Assembly: GCA_963776795.1 (NCBI GenBank)
Contig: CAVZNX010000014.1
Coordinates: 94,044 to 158,043 of the forward strand
From: an uncultured Chloroflexia bacterium
GTDB lineage: Bacteria > Chloroflexota > Anaerolineae > Anaerolineales > UBA4823
Direction: 5' to 3'
Length of the DNA: 64,000 nucleotides
Below the pieces are notes generated by a model. The model ran no database searches and was not told the origin of the DNA. It was given only the letters and a program-made list of their open reading frames with translations. Below, piece after piece: positions 1-12,521 of the stretch. Position numbers and translations under genes: made by a program. Each line of letters begins with the position of its first letter. The stretch's first letter is position 1.

Positions 1-35
1 GAATACATATCACCTGAATTCTTCTTCTTTATCAA

Positions 36-1033
36 ATGAATCATTATAGAGATGCCATAATTAAATCAGTAGCTACTAAAGTTAGCATTATTATCCCAAC
101 TTTCAATGGCGCTGACACCATTAACAACTGCCTCGAAAATATATTTAGACAAGAAACCCCTTGGAAATTTGATGTGAATATTACTAACTCGGGTTCTTCT
201 GACAAGACTTTAGCAGTAATAAAGGAATATCCTGTAAAATTGACAGAGATTCCTAATCGATTATTCAATCACGGTAAAACTAGAAACGAAGCTATTACCC
301 GTGTTGATGGTGAATTTGTAGTTTTTCTTGTCCAGGATGCAGAACCGATAGGAAATGATTGGTTGAAAACACTAGTTTCTGCTGTTTCCACAGTAGGAGC
401 AGTAGGTGGTTTCGGGAGCCAATTGCCCAGAACTAATGCCAGTTTATTCACTCGTTGGATGATGTCCAGATCTTTACCAGTATCATTAGAACCATTTGTT
501 AAAGAATCAAATCAATCTACTATTGGAATCAGTTGTCACCATTTGAAAAATTCCAACTTGCTTTATTCGATAATACGAATTCTTGTATTCGCCGTGAAAT
601 CCTATTGCGTTATCCATTCAGTGAAATTCCATACGGTGAAGACATTGACTGGTCAGCGCAAATCTTACAAAAAGGATACTCTCTTGTCCATGAACCGAGT
701 GCTTGCGTGATACATTCACATAATCGTTCCATTAAGTATACATTTAAAAGAGCATATTCCGACCACAGTCTAGTTAATAGTTTATTCGGACTAAATTTGA
801 TCGACACAAAAATCAAATTATTAAGGTCATTTTTATGGAATGTTCTCGATATCACGCGATATGAAATGAATAACTCGACAAGTTTAATTAAAAGAACGAA
901 TAATATCCTTAATGCAATTCCCCACGTCTTTGCTCTGGTTATGGGAACTTATGTAGGTGCTAGATCTGCAGCCTGGTTAAAGAAATATCCATCCTTTACC
1001 CGTTTTGACAGAATCTGGCGTCAAGGGGTGTAG
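36..1033 (+). pseudogene. Glycosyltransferase family 2 (GT-A), reading frame broken once near 520-540
   Basis: ORFs 36..710 and 533..1033 overlap in different frames. The first has the GT2 N-terminus VSIIIPTFNG...SGSSDKT...VFLVQDAEP. The second continues with NSCIRREILL...GEDIDW...HEPSACVIHSHN. Confidence 0.75.
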
Positions 1034-1085
1034 AGATTTCTACAAAAGCATTGTCAAACCTTGAATATATTTACGAAATACTAGA

Positions 1086-3831
1086 CTAAGGTAATTCAGA
1101 GGGGGCCTGTAGAATTGCTACTAGGTTTTGTATGTAAAACAAATCCCCTTTGTCAAAAGCTGGAACATCAAGATACTTAGCGAGGGCTTCTCTGGATTCT
1201 TTTAGAATACCCGCTTTGGCCTGAAAAATCGATGGATAATCAAAAAGATGTTGGAGCACTCCTTCCCCAGCAGTGCTGTCGAATTTGGTGACAAACCAAT
1301 ACGGCGCTGTCGAGCAGTATTCGTCGATGGCTTGCTGCACTTTTAATAAGGCGTTGTCGTGAAGGTAATTGGCTAGCTCGGGCACCAGGAACATGAAGTT
1401 GCGAGCAATATTAAGGGCACGGTTATAATCGATAGAGGTTCGACCTTCCTCAGTGTCAGGAACTACATAGGGAAAATCTTTAGAAAAGCTCGATGCACGC
1501 AAGGAGAGCAGGCGGTCTTTGGTCTCGACAATGCCAGGAGTAGGAGCATACTCGGACATACTTTCCAACCCGAGGTAACCGATATATCCGGCAATGTAAG
1601 CATTATGGATATACGGTTTGCTAATCAGGTAATCATCAGCTGGAGGAGACTCCAGCTTGGATTTCATAGTATCAAAAATAGATCTAGCACCATCAAAGAC
1701 CTGAGCATATTTCCAAGTGCCATAAAAAAATCTGGGGGAAAGGACTGCCACCAGGTACCTGATATACTCGTTGTGGCGGGACCAGAATATACATAGGAAG
1801 GTACTTCAGGAGGCATGTCAAAGACTTCGCGAGGCAGGCCATTCACCCATCCCGTTGAAACGATGTTGTAGGTTGGGAACCGGGTAAAGAAATTCAGCAA
1901 ATATAATTTCGTTTGGTCTTGGAGGTCAGTCGAAAGATAAGGGAGAGCAGAGCATAATATATTCAATGTGTCGGAAGGGTTGTGGAAATATTCTATTAGC
2001 CTATCACCATCAATGTTGAGATAAGAATTAAAGAAACCGGTTCCATGAAAACCAGGTCTCAAGAAAGTAGAAGGATTGTTGACTATTTTCTGCACCTGAG
2101 CTTCTAATTTCTGCTTCAACTCGTCGAGCGAGACCGGTAGGGTAGTCTTGGGGATAGATATCGTTGCAGCCATGGGGAGTTGAGTTGGCGGACCCCCTGT
2201 CGGACTAAATGCGATAATACTATTGCCCTTTTGCATGAAGACTTTCCCCATATAGGGGATGGGAGGGTTTTGAGCGCCATGCTTCCCATAAATTCCGTTG
2301 ATACCTCCGAAAAGCCCCCAGCCATTAAAATCATTCCCATAGTATTTGGGTTGATAGCCCGGCACAAGCTTCCTCAAAGTGTAGATAAAGTAGTCCCATT
2401 TACGGTTGGGTTGATTTTCCGGAATTGTGATATCGAATGCTCCAGAGGCGCGGTCATTGCATAAACTCCAATAAATAATTCTCCCTCCAGCCGCATAAGC
2501 CATGGGTTCGTCCACAGCTAAATCGCTGCCGGCTACCTTACTAATAAAATGGGTACCGAATTTCCAACCGGCAATCTGCCCACGGGTAATCCAGGGTGCA
2601 GAAACATAATTGGCAAATTGATATATCACACCATCAATACCGATTAATGGAGGATACTTATTGCCACTGTGGGTTGTTCCCGCCCAGGTGAACGGTATAT
2701 ATTCCTGTAAGCCATTACTGTTTGAGTCAAAGGTGAACTCCTGACCGTTCTCAGTATCCAAAACAAACACGACACGGTGTCCAGACATATGTTCGAGGTA
2801 ATTAGTGATTTTACTGACATCTAAAGTGATAGTACCTGAAGCCCAATCCCCAGGTTCTACTCCGGTTGGACTGATAAGCGTTCCCCATGGGTCAATTTGA
2901 TGATTGGGGAAGAGAACATCTCGATCCAGACTAAAAAGATCGGCACAATCGTGGATATTCTGTGATCCGGAAAATATTACATAATCTCTTCCAGTGGTTT
3001 TATCGGTAAAGATGACCGGCCAATAGGAATGGAACCCTGCACCCGGAAACTTAGCAGATTTCCAGATAAGCTGGCCATTCTTATTGTAATGATCATCTGG
3101 GACCGATTTCAAAGCGTAGGCATAAGAATCATTAGCGGCAAAATACAGGACGCCATCTTTGTATGCAGCAGAGACCAGTATGGGACCATCCGGTTTGATA
3201 TTTCCACTTCAGGTTACCGCTTGTTGCATCCAGAGCATAAAAATATCCATCTCGGTTCCCGGTAAAGACGGTGTTGTTAATAACAATGGGGTTCGTCTCA
3301 AATCCAGCACCAGCTAAAATGAAATTCCAGCTCGGGATCAATTGACCGGTTGCGGCTGAGATGGCATGGACCTTTTTATCGTACCCCCCAACATAAACGA
3401 CACCATTTACTACCGTTGGAGAATTACCCAGGGGAAGCTCAGTCGGGTAAATCCACTCGACATTTCCATTATCTGCGTTTAGTGCATATACGCCCTCGTG
3501 CTGTGGAAATAAAAACTTTACCATCTGAAGCAATAATTTGAGTCTTATAATTAATATATGGATCGATCGGTCTAACCCAACGAGGAGCTAATTGTCCACG
3601 TACTTCTTCGGGCGTCCATGAAGTCCTCTGATTGTTCCCAGCGACCATCGGCCAATTTCTTCCTCCATCTTTTCCAGCCTTCATAAGTAAGGGAAGGTAA
3701 GAAGTATGACCGTTTGGCACATAATCAGCATTCGCTGTTCCAAGATAATGGATTAATCTCCCGCCAATTCCATATCCAATAGCTAATCCAATAGCCTTTA
3801 AGAACTTTTTTCGTGAAATCAGAATTCCCAT
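1086..3831 (-). pseudogene. Large secreted protein with PQQ-like beta-propeller repeats, split into 4 ORFs by 3 frame shifts
   Basis: Colinear minus-strand ORFs 3469..3831, 3132..3533, 1664..3112 and 1086..1751. The N-terminus MGILISRKKFLKAIGLAIGYGIGG...ANA looks like a signal/TAT-like peptide. PQQ/BamB-type repeats are present: VVNGVVYVGGYDKKVHAISAATG, NNTVFTGNRDGYFYALDATSGNLKWKY. Confidence 0.6.
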
Positions 3832-4419
3832 TTTATTATCTCCTGCAAGCTATAAGATATCTCTAAACTTGTTTTTATCGGCGAGAAGTATTCCCTAGAA
3901 TGATCTTATGAAATATTCGGTGGGGTGATGGTTATTGAGTTTATGTAATTGTAATCTTATCACAAGCGCGATTTTTCATAAAAACGCAGTACATCAATAA
4001 GTTCAGATGACAAATTTTCCAAAGGTCGCAATTGTAGTTGGAAATTGGGATTACTACGATCAGATAAAGCGATTAATTTTACCAGTTATGTTGTCATATG
4101 CGAAAGGTACGAGATAATTATTATCGATAATGTTTATTCACTGGTTAAGTGGTGGGAATAAAGTTCCCTTCTCAGAACAACAAGTAATTACAGAAGAGAA
4201 TAATCTTGGATTTACCTACTCAAATAATCTCAGTATTAATTGGGCCTTGGAGCAACATGTTGTTAAAGGATTTGGCCCAAACCAAAGTATTTCGCGATAT
4301 TATAAAATTCGGACAATAAATAAATCATAATATATGTATTCAGAATAGTGAATTCTTGACCAATTACGATAAATTTTTACTATAATTGATATTACTATCA
4401 AAAATAATCGAGGAAGATC

Positions 4420-5415
4420 ATGAGTAAAATATTAGTCACTGGCGGAGCCGGATTTATTGGATCCCATATATCTGAAGCTTTATTCTCTCACGGGCATGAA
4501 GTCGTCGTTGTAGATGATCTAAGTGGCGGTTTTATCGATAACTTAACTGATGGAATTAATTTTATCCAGGCAAGTGTATGTAATGCTGATATTGTCAATA
4601 GTATTTTTGAACAATACAAATTTCAATATGTCTTTCATCTGGCGGCTTATGCAGCTGAAGGATTAAGTCATTTTATTAAACGTTTTAACTATGAGAACAA
4701 CCTGATCGGTAGTATAAATTTGATCAATGCTTCGATTAATACCGGCGTCAAATGCTTCGTTTTTATGTCTTCGATTGCTGTTTATGGCACAAGCCCTGAT
4801 TTACCAATGACAGAAGACACCGCACCACACCCTGAGGATTCTTACGGGATTGCCAAGTTGTCAATCGAACAAGAACTTAAAATTTGCAAAGATATGTTTG
4901 ATCTTGATTTTATAATTTTTCGCCCACACAATGTATACGGAGAACGACAAAATATTGGTGATAAATACCGAAACGTTGTGGGTATTTTCATGAATCAAAT
5001 ACTTCAGAATAAGCCGATGACGATATTTGGCGATGGAAACCAGACCCGAGCTTTTAGTTACATTGGTGATATTGTGCCTGTTATTGCGGAGTCTATTGAG
5101 AATTTTGATGCTTATAATCAAATCTTTAATGTTGGTGCAGATCAGCCTTTCACAGTGAATCAGTTAGCACTGTCTGTTGCAGAGGCCATGGGTGTAAAAC
5201 CTGATATTGTTCATCTATCTCCTAGAAATGAAGTAATAATGGCGTATTCATCCCATGAAAAAGTCAGGCAAGTGTTTGGTGAACGCAAGCTACATAATCT
5301 GGACAATGGTTTAGCAAAAATGGCGAGATGGATAAAGCTACATGGAGCTCGAAAAAGCCAGGAATTTAAAAACATTGAAGTGACAAAAAATTTTCCAAAA
5401 GCCTGGATTTTATAA
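4420..5415 (+). CDS. NAD-dependent epimerase/dehydratase (extended SDR, UDP-sugar epimerase-like)
   Basis: Intact 331-aa ORF. Rossmann motif MSKILVTGGAGFIGSH, catalytic YGIAK (YxxxK). AGGAAG-type RBS upstream. Confidence 0.85.
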   Translation: MSKILVTGGAGFIGSHISEALFSHGHEVVVVDDLSGGFIDNLTDGINFIQASVCNADIVNSIFEQYKFQYVFHLAAYAAEGLSHFIKRFNYENNLIGSINLINASINTGVKCFVFMSSIAVYGTSPDLPMTEDTAPHPEDSYGIAKLSIEQELKICKDMFDLDFIIFRPHNVYGERQNIGDKYRNVVGIFMNQILQNKPMTIFGDGNQTRAFSYIGDIVPVIAESIENFDAYNQIFNVGADQPFTVNQLALSVAEAMGVKPDIVHLSPRNEVIMAYSSHEKVRQVFGERKLHNLDNGLAKMARWIKLHGARKSQEFKNIEVTKNFPKAWIL

Positions 5416-5433
5416 ACTAACAATAAAAATAGA

Positions 5434-6337
5434 ATGACATCTTCATTGGTAATTTCGATTGTATTAAGCACCAACCATCGCGAAGATACGCTCCAATGTA
5501 TTGCTTCGCTAAATCGTAGTACATATAAAAATCATAAAATCATCCTATTGGATAATTCCTCATTTGATGGGACTGTAGAAGCCGTGAGAGCTTTATGGCC
5601 TGATGTTCAGATTATTAGAATTACAAAAAAACCTAGGTTATGCAGGAAACAACAATCTGGGCATCCAAACAGCATTAGAACAGGGAGCGAATTGGGTATT
5701 TATCCTCAACGAAGACACAATTTTGGATCCTGATTGCATCAGTTATTTGGTATCGGAGAGTGAAAGCAATGAAACCTTCGGAGTTGTGGGACCATTGGTC
5801 TATCATCACAATGAACCTTTTGTTATTCAATCAGCTGGCGGGTGTATTGATAAATATTATCGTGGATGGCATTTAGGTCAAAACGAACTTGATCATGGTC
5901 AATTCCAACAACCACATTCAGTTGATTGGATTTCTGGATGTGGCATGATGGTTCGTCGATCTCTTATCGAGCAAGTAGGCGCATTCGATGAAAGGTTTTT
6001 TTATTACAAGGAGGAATTCGAATGGTGCATCCGCGCAAAAAAGGCGGGATGGCAGATAATTCATGTCCCTCAGGCAAAACTCTGGCATAAAGGTGTCCTA
6101 CGCAATTACAATCCCAAACCTTCAATAACATATTATGCGACTCGAAATCAGTTATTAGTATTATTAAAACATCATGCTAGTCTTATGACATGGATAGTTA
6201 CTTTTGGTCAATTATTTCGCACTTTCATCAGCTGGTCTGTAAAACCGGAGTATCGATATAAGAACGAGCATAGGAATGCAATGTGGCGTGGATTCCTAGA
6301 CTTTCTCAATCATCGATGGGGTAAGGTATCCATATAA
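5434..6337 (+). pseudogene. Glycosyltransferase family 2, frame broken at an A7 run (5625-5631)
   Basis: ORF 5434..5733 (ISIVLSTNHRED...LLDNSSFDGT) joins ORF 5603..6337 (NLGYAGNNNLG...FILNEDT...WISGCGMMVRR). The frame switch lies exactly in the run ACAAAAAAACC. Confidence 0.8.
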
Positions 6338-6370
6338 TTTATATATGCTCATAAATCCAGGACATAAGAT

Positions 6371-7597
6371 TTGAAAATTTTATTCCTTTCTCGATGGTAC
6401 CCTTTTCCACCAAATAACGGTTCAAAGATAAGGATTTATAACTTATTGCGAGGATTATCCAAGGATCATGAGATTTCGGTGCTGAGCTTCTTTAGCCCAA
6501 TGGATAGGCTCGCAGCGAATGGCTCTCTGCAGAACCTTTGCTCTGAAGTCGACGTTGTAACCTGGAAGCCATTCAATCCAAATAGTCTGAGATCTATTTC
6601 TGGTTTTTTCAAGCCTGAGCCACGTTCGGTAATTGATACATATTCGCCAAAGATGGCAAGGAAGATCAAGGATGCGATTAATAACAACAATTTCGACCTG
6701 GTAATTGCTTCACAGATTACTATGGCTGGATATGTCCATCACTTCAAGCGAATTCCTGCTATTTGGGAAGAAGTCGAGACTGGTGTTTTGTACCAGCAGT
6801 ATGCCCAGGAAAATACATTCTTAGGGCATATTCGGAATAGTTTAACCTGGTTCAAATATCGGAAATATCTTACCAATTTAATCCATGAATTTACAGCTTG
6901 TACGGTTGCATCTACGATTGAGAAGAAACTATTAGAGCAAATTGCTCCGGATTATACTAATATCGAGGTTATTCCTAATTTCATACAAATTTCGGATTAT
7001 GAAGAATACCGCTCAACAGCAGAACCAGCTCTTTTCTCCCTGATATTCTGTGGATCGTTCAGTTATTCACCGAATTACAAAGGGATACAATGGTTTCTGA
7101 AAGAAGTATTTCCGATAATTCTGTCTCAATGCCCTGATGCTCGACTTACGATTACAGGTGATCCTGCAGGGATGGAATTGCCATCAGCTACGAATGTAGA
7201 CATTCTTGGATATGTTGACGATGTACGACCACATATTGCCAATTCGTGGGTGAGTATTGCACCCATTCTTGAGGGGGGAGGTACAAGGGTAAAGATAGTG
7301 GAAGCGATGGCCTTGGGTACACCAGTTGTATCTACCAGCAAAGGAGCGGAAGGCTTAGATGTAATTCCAGGAGATCATCTTTTGATTGGGGACACTCCAT
7401 GTGATTTCGCGAATGCAATAGTTCGTCTTTTTAGAAATCCTTCACTTTACCAAAATCTAGCTGCAAGTGCATATCAACATATATTGAGTACTTACGATTG
7501 TGACGTGATTGTTCCCAAATTCCAAGGTATTCTCGAAAAAGTAGCAGTCCAAAAGAGAGATGGAATTAATTTCTGCTTAGGTACAGATGATCGCTAA
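6371..7597 (+). CDS. Glycosyltransferase family 4 (GT-B, GT1-like)
   Basis: Intact 408-aa ORF with a TTG start. N-terminus MKILFLSRWYPFPPNNGSKIR. C-terminal EX7E-type region EGGGTRVKIVEAMALGTPVVSTSKGAEGL. Confidence 0.85.
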   Translation: MKILFLSRWYPFPPNNGSKIRIYNLLRGLSKDHEISVLSFFSPMDRLAANGSLQNLCSEVDVVTWKPFNPNSLRSISGFFKPEPRSVIDTYSPKMARKIKDAINNNNFDLVIASQITMAGYVHHFKRIPAIWEEVETGVLYQQYAQENTFLGHIRNSLTWFKYRKYLTNLIHEFTACTVASTIEKKLLEQIAPDYTNIEVIPNFIQISDYEEYRSTAEPALFSLIFCGSFSYSPNYKGIQWFLKEVFPIILSQCPDARLTITGDPAGMELPSATNVDILGYVDDVRPHIANSWVSIAPILEGGGTRVKIVEAMALGTPVVSTSKGAEGLDVIPGDHLLIGDTPCDFANAIVRLFRNPSLYQNLAASAYQHILSTYDCDVIVPKFQGILEKVAVQKRDGINFCLGTDDR

Positions 7598-8999
7598 AAT
7601 TAAAGCAGAGAAGTAGATTTAATCAGGATTTTTGTCGTATGCTTGGTCTTGATCATAGGCACAATGCTTGCTTATCAAATTCCGAGTATGGTTAAGTTCA
7701 AATTCTCAGGCTCATCCTCTTTATCATAATCGGATTATCCGGTCTCATTGGTATATCCATCTTTGTTAGAGTCCCTCCTTTGGGTTTGATTGTGTTATTG
7801 ATATCTGATTTGGTACTGTCATTCTCCCTTGGCACTGGTTCCCATACCAGCCTGAGTGTCCCGATCCTTCTCATACCAGTCTTGACCGGCATTGGTGTAG
7901 TTACCTGGCTCACGTATAAACAACATGTTCATAGATATTCATCGCGGACAACATGGCCTTTATTTTCTCTTCTCGTGATCGTTCTACTGGCAGTCATAAA
8001 CGGTTTGTTACCCTGGTTTGATTTTGCACAGCAAGCACCGCTCACTGCTCAGGTGGGCGGGGCAGCGTTGTTTATCTTTTCGATCCTGACTTTCCTATTA
8101 GTTGGAACTCAAATCCATGAAATTCGCTGGCTAAAATGGCTGGTATGGTTATTCCTCAGCATAGGTTCAATTTATATACTCAGCTGGTTTAATTCAAATC
8201 TAGCCAATCTAGCAAGCCAATATCTTCCGTATGGAGTAACTGGAGCGTTGTTTTGGGTCTGGTTGGTGGTTCTATCTTTTAGTCAGTCTGTCTATAACCG
8301 GGAATTGAAGCCCATTTTTCGTTTCATCTTGCTCGGTTTATCATGCGCAGCGCTGTATATTGGTTTTTTCAGGAACATTGGATGGACTTCTGGTTGGCTT
8401 CCAGCATTTGGTAGCTCTCTTGGTTGTCATATATATCCGCTACCCCACGGATTGGTTTACTCCTAGCGATTTTAGTAGGGGTAGGAATTGCATTTTTCTA
8501 CAAGCAATCCGTGGGTTTTGTGATGATTGGTGATAATACCTACAGCCTGGAAACCCGCTTGGCGGCCTGGCAAATCTTGGCGAAAATTGTAAGGTCAGCC
8601 CCATCCTGGGATTAGGTCCGTCGAACTACCATTTCTATACACCTCTTTCCCAATTATGGGATGACCGGTGAATTTAATTCACACAACAATTATGTCGATA
8701 TCGTGGCTCAGATCGGCTTGCTTGGTTTAGCTGCGTTTCTATGGTTCTTTTGGGAGGCTGGCAAATTGGGCTGGCATTTACGATCCATTGTTACTGAGTG
8801 GATTTGAACGTGCGTACGTGTATGGTGCGATCGGCGGGCTTGCAGGGATGATCGCAGCAGGTATGCTTGGGGATTGGATTGTCCCGTTTGTCTATAATAT
8901 CGGCTACATGGATTTAGAGCCAGCTTACTGGGATGGTTGTTTTTAGGGGGATTAGTTGTGCTCGAACGTGCTTATAAGAAGAATGCAGCTCAAGACTAA
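7590..8999 (+). pseudogene. O-antigen polymerase/ligase (Wzy_C-like) polytopic membrane protein, several frame shifts
   Basis: ORFs 7780..8466 and 8424..8615, plus unlisted fragments to 8999, are all hydrophobic. Hand translation of 8670-8800 gives NSHNNYVDIVAQIGLLGLAAFLWFFWE, a typical O-antigen-ligase loop. The 5' limit (7590 versus 7780) is uncertain. Confidence 0.55.
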
Positions 9000-9013
9000 T
9001 CAATGAACATTGA

Positions 9014-9928
9014 ATGAAAGTATCGATTGTAATCGTCAATTGGAACGCCAGTGATGTCTTCGAAATTGCTTGGCAAAGTGTCTGATTTGATAACTCCATA
9101 AATGAATATGAGGTATACTTGTTGATAATGCATCAACTGATGATAGCCTTGAAGTAGTTAAGAGAATATCCTTTCGTTGAAGTTATTGCAAATAAGGAGA
9201 ATATTGGTTTTGCGAAAGCGAATAACCAGGGGATTAGTCAGTGCCAGTGGTGAATACATTTTATTACTTAATCCTGACACAGAGATTAAACCCTATTGCA
9301 ATAAATACTATGTCTGACTACCTGACTGCTCAACCTAAAACGGGTATTGTTGGTCCCCGCCTTCTCAATGCTGATGGCTCTATTCAAGGTTCTTGCTATC
9401 CATTCCCAACTTTAGCACGCGAGTTCTGGCGTCTACTCCACCTGGATAAGATTCACCCAGTTAGGAAGTTATTACCAAGCCAGTTGGAATTTGACGCAAC
9501 CGCGTGAGGTTGATTCCCTCCAAGGCGCTTGTCTGCTCATCCGCCGAGAAGTCTTCGATCAGATCGGTCTACTTGACGAAGATTATTTTATGTATACTGA
9601 AGAGATCGATTTTTGCTTCCGTGCGAGAAAAGCTGGATGGAATATCATCTGGCTGCCCACTGCCGAAGTGATCCATTACGGCGGACAAAGTACCCGTCAG
9701 GTAGCTGCCAGAATGTTTATCCAACTATATCAATCAAAATTACTTTTTTTCCGTAAGCATTATGGAAAACCAGCTACCTGGATCTATAAGTTAATTATTG
9801 TCTTTGCGTCTCTAATCCGCCTAGCCCTGACACCATTAGCCTGGTTGGAGAGACTACCCGTACACGAGCAGCATTTAGCTCTATCGCGCCATTATCTGCG
9901 TCTACTTGCTGCTCTCCCACAACTATAA
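9014..9928 (+). pseudogene. Glycosyltransferase family 2, multiple frame shifts
   Basis: Hand translation from 9014 gives MKVSIVIVNWNASDV. Later fragments give NKENIGFAKANNQGI, then ORFs 9241..9507 and 9491..9928 (LQGACLLIRREVFDQIGLLDEDYFMYTEEIDFCFRARKAGW). Confidence 0.7.
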
Positions 9929-9930
9929 AT

Positions 9931-11143
9931 TTGCGTATCCTATTTCTTACCCAAATTCTCCCTTATCCTCCTGATTCCGGCCCCAGGGTCAAGACCTGGC
10001 ATGTCTTGCGATATCTAGTTAGGCAGGGACACGACGTGACCTTAGTTTCATATGTGCGCCAGGAGGACAAGTACCGCTCTACCGGTTCTAGAAGAGATGT
10101 GTGATGTGTATCCTGTACCCATCCGCAGGTCTCGCCTGGCAGATGGCTATTACTGGTTGCGTAGCCAGTTGGACAGCGCCCATTTCTGATCGAGCGAGAT
10201 GATTTGAAGACTATGCGCAGCAAGTTGAAGAGCTAAAGAGAAATAAACCATTCGATGTTGTCCATGCCGACCAACTCACAATGACACAATTTGCGCTTGC
10301 ATTTCAAAGGATCTACCCCCCACCCCAAGTAGTCTTTGATGCGCATAATGCTACCTGGACAATTGTCGAACGCATGAAACAAAATGCTCCGGCAATCCTC
10401 AAACCAGTCATAGCCCTGGAAGCAAAACGGGTGGAACATTATGAAGGTCGTCTTATCGGACAATTCGACTATACCTTGGCGGTAACCGAAATCGACCGTC
10501 AAGCTTTGCTTAAGGCATGTCCAAGAAGAACATCAAATGGTGGCTGCTAACCGGATAGTGTCATCCCAATTGCCATCGATACAACCAACCTTACCCCTAT
10601 CCAACGTATCCATGGTTCTCATAATATCGTTGCAATAATGGGACCTCTATTATCCCCCAAATGCAGATGGTGTACGCTGGTTTACGAACAAGGTGTTTCC
10701 TTTGATGCGTGGTCAAGTACTGGATGTGACACTTACGATCATTGGAAAGGGGCGACTAGTTGAGCCTGGTACGCTTGGCCACCAATCCCCGGAATGATCA
10801 CCATCACCGGATACGTCCCTGATCTGATTCCCTATCTGGAGAAGGCTGCTTTAATGGTCGTGCCAGTGCGCTGCAGGTGGAGGATGCGCGTCCGCATCTC
10901 AGAGGCTTTCGCCAGAGGTATTCCTGTGGTAACCACCTCCGATTGGTTTGGAGGGGATTGATGCAATACCGGGAGAAGATATATTGGTGAAGATACAGCA
11001 GAACAGTTTGCGATCGCTCTTAGCAAAACTATTAAAGATCCCGATTTTGCAAATGAGATTATCAGCTAAACGGTCGCATACTTGGCAGAGAAAATTATGA
11101 CTGGCAGGTTGTCTTACGAAAATTAGATGATATCTACGCTTAA
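9931..11143 (+). pseudogene. Glycosyltransferase family 4, multiple frame shifts
   Basis: TTG start at 9931 gives (M)RILFLTQILPYPPDSGPRVKTWHVLRYL. The middle fragment is ORF 10281..10550. C-terminal fragments give ITGYVPDLIPYLEKAALMVVP and ENYDWQVVLRKLDDIYA, ending with the stop at 11141-11143. Confidence 0.6.
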
Positions 11144-11150
11144 TTTAAAT

Positions 11151-12492
11151 GTGAAATCCGAGGGTCGGAGATATCTGCAAAAAAGCAATCTTAATCCTTT
11201 TTGCTGTCATAATTGTTTCCAGTTTCTTGCGTATCGGGGCTTCTATTTATCTCGGTGATCAGATCGTCGATCTCCCAGGCACATATGACCAAATCTCATA
11301 CCACACACTGGCAGTTCGGGTGTTGAATGGCCATGGATTTACATTTAGCGAACCTTGGTGGCCGATTACAGCTGCCGGGGCACCTACTGCGCATTGGAGC
11401 TTTTTATATACTTTTTATCTTGTTGCCAGTCTATACAGTTTTTGGGTCCATCCTCTGGTTGCCCGCTTGATCCAGGCAATTCTTGTCGGCATCTTGCAGC
11501 CAATCCTTATCTATCATCTCGGTAAGCGTGTGTTCAACCCTCTGGTAGGGTTGATCTCGGCAGCAATAACTGCAGTCTATGCGTATTTTATCTATTATGA
11601 CGCTTGCTTGATGACCGAGCCATTTTATATCACAGCGATTTTAGCTGGTATTATTTCTTGCAATCTCTATTGTGTCTCATACCTGCTACCAATAATAAAG
11701 TGTCGTTCTTAAGAATAAATTCTGGCAAGGAATTATTCTCGGGCTATGTATGGGTGCGGCGGTCTTATTGCGCCAGTTATTCTTGCTGATAATCCCGGTG
11801 ATTTTTCTCTGGATGATCGTGGCAGGTCGTGATAGATTGAAATCAGTTCTTTATCTCAATCATCGTCTCTTGCGTGGTAGTTATAGTTATGATCTTACCA
11901 TTTACTGCTTATAACTATGCACGCTTTGGCCGTTTTGTTTTGCTCAATACCAACTCGGGCTATGCTTTTTTTTGGGGGAACCACCCCATTTACGGCACGC
12001 ATTTTGTACCTATTTTGACTCCAGAGATGGGCTCTTATCAGGATCTGATCCCACCTGAGGTCCGCAACCTGGATGAGGCCGCCCTCGATCAGGAATTAAT
12101 GCGGCGAGGTCTGCAATTCGTTATTGATGATCCCGGGAGATATCTACTGCTTTCGCTCAGCCGCATCCCGGTCTTATTTCATGTTCTGGCCATCAGCAGA
12201 TTCAGGATTAATCAGCAATATTTCTCGGGTGCTTAGCTTCGGCTTATTCTTGCCATTCATGCTCTACGGCCTTGTGCGAAGCCTGGTTAAACCTTTCACA
12301 AAATTGTCATTATCTTCCCCAGTGGTCTTGTTGATTCTTTTCATTATCGTTTATTCCATGATCCACTTGCTTTCGTGGGCACTGATCCGTTACCGATTAC
12401 CAGTGGATGCCGTAGCTATCTTATTCGCTGGAGTGGCTTTCCAGGATATTATCAATTGGTTAACCAGGCGGCGAGCTATTCCAATCGTATAA
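11151..12492 (+). pseudogene. GT39/GT83-like (ArnT/PMT-type) membrane glycosyltransferase, frame shifts (one at the A6 run 11179-11184)
   Basis: Fragments 11227..11712, 11874..12236 and 12124..12492 are all polytopic. The N-terminal region DQISYHTLAVRVLNGHGFTF...WPITAAGAPTAHWSFLYTFYL resembles the dolichyl-phosphate-mannose/ArnT family. Confidence 0.5.
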
Positions 12493-12521
12493 AAGCAGGA
12501 AATCACTACTATCTATATAGC

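Noticed and set aside
4130-4330. 66-aa plus-strand ORF in the AT-rich gap before the epimerase gene, and similar short ORFs (24941..25138, 28931..29161, 51557..51781)
   Set aside because: They sit in AT-rich intergenic DNA, with no RBS and no motifs. These look like chance ORFs.
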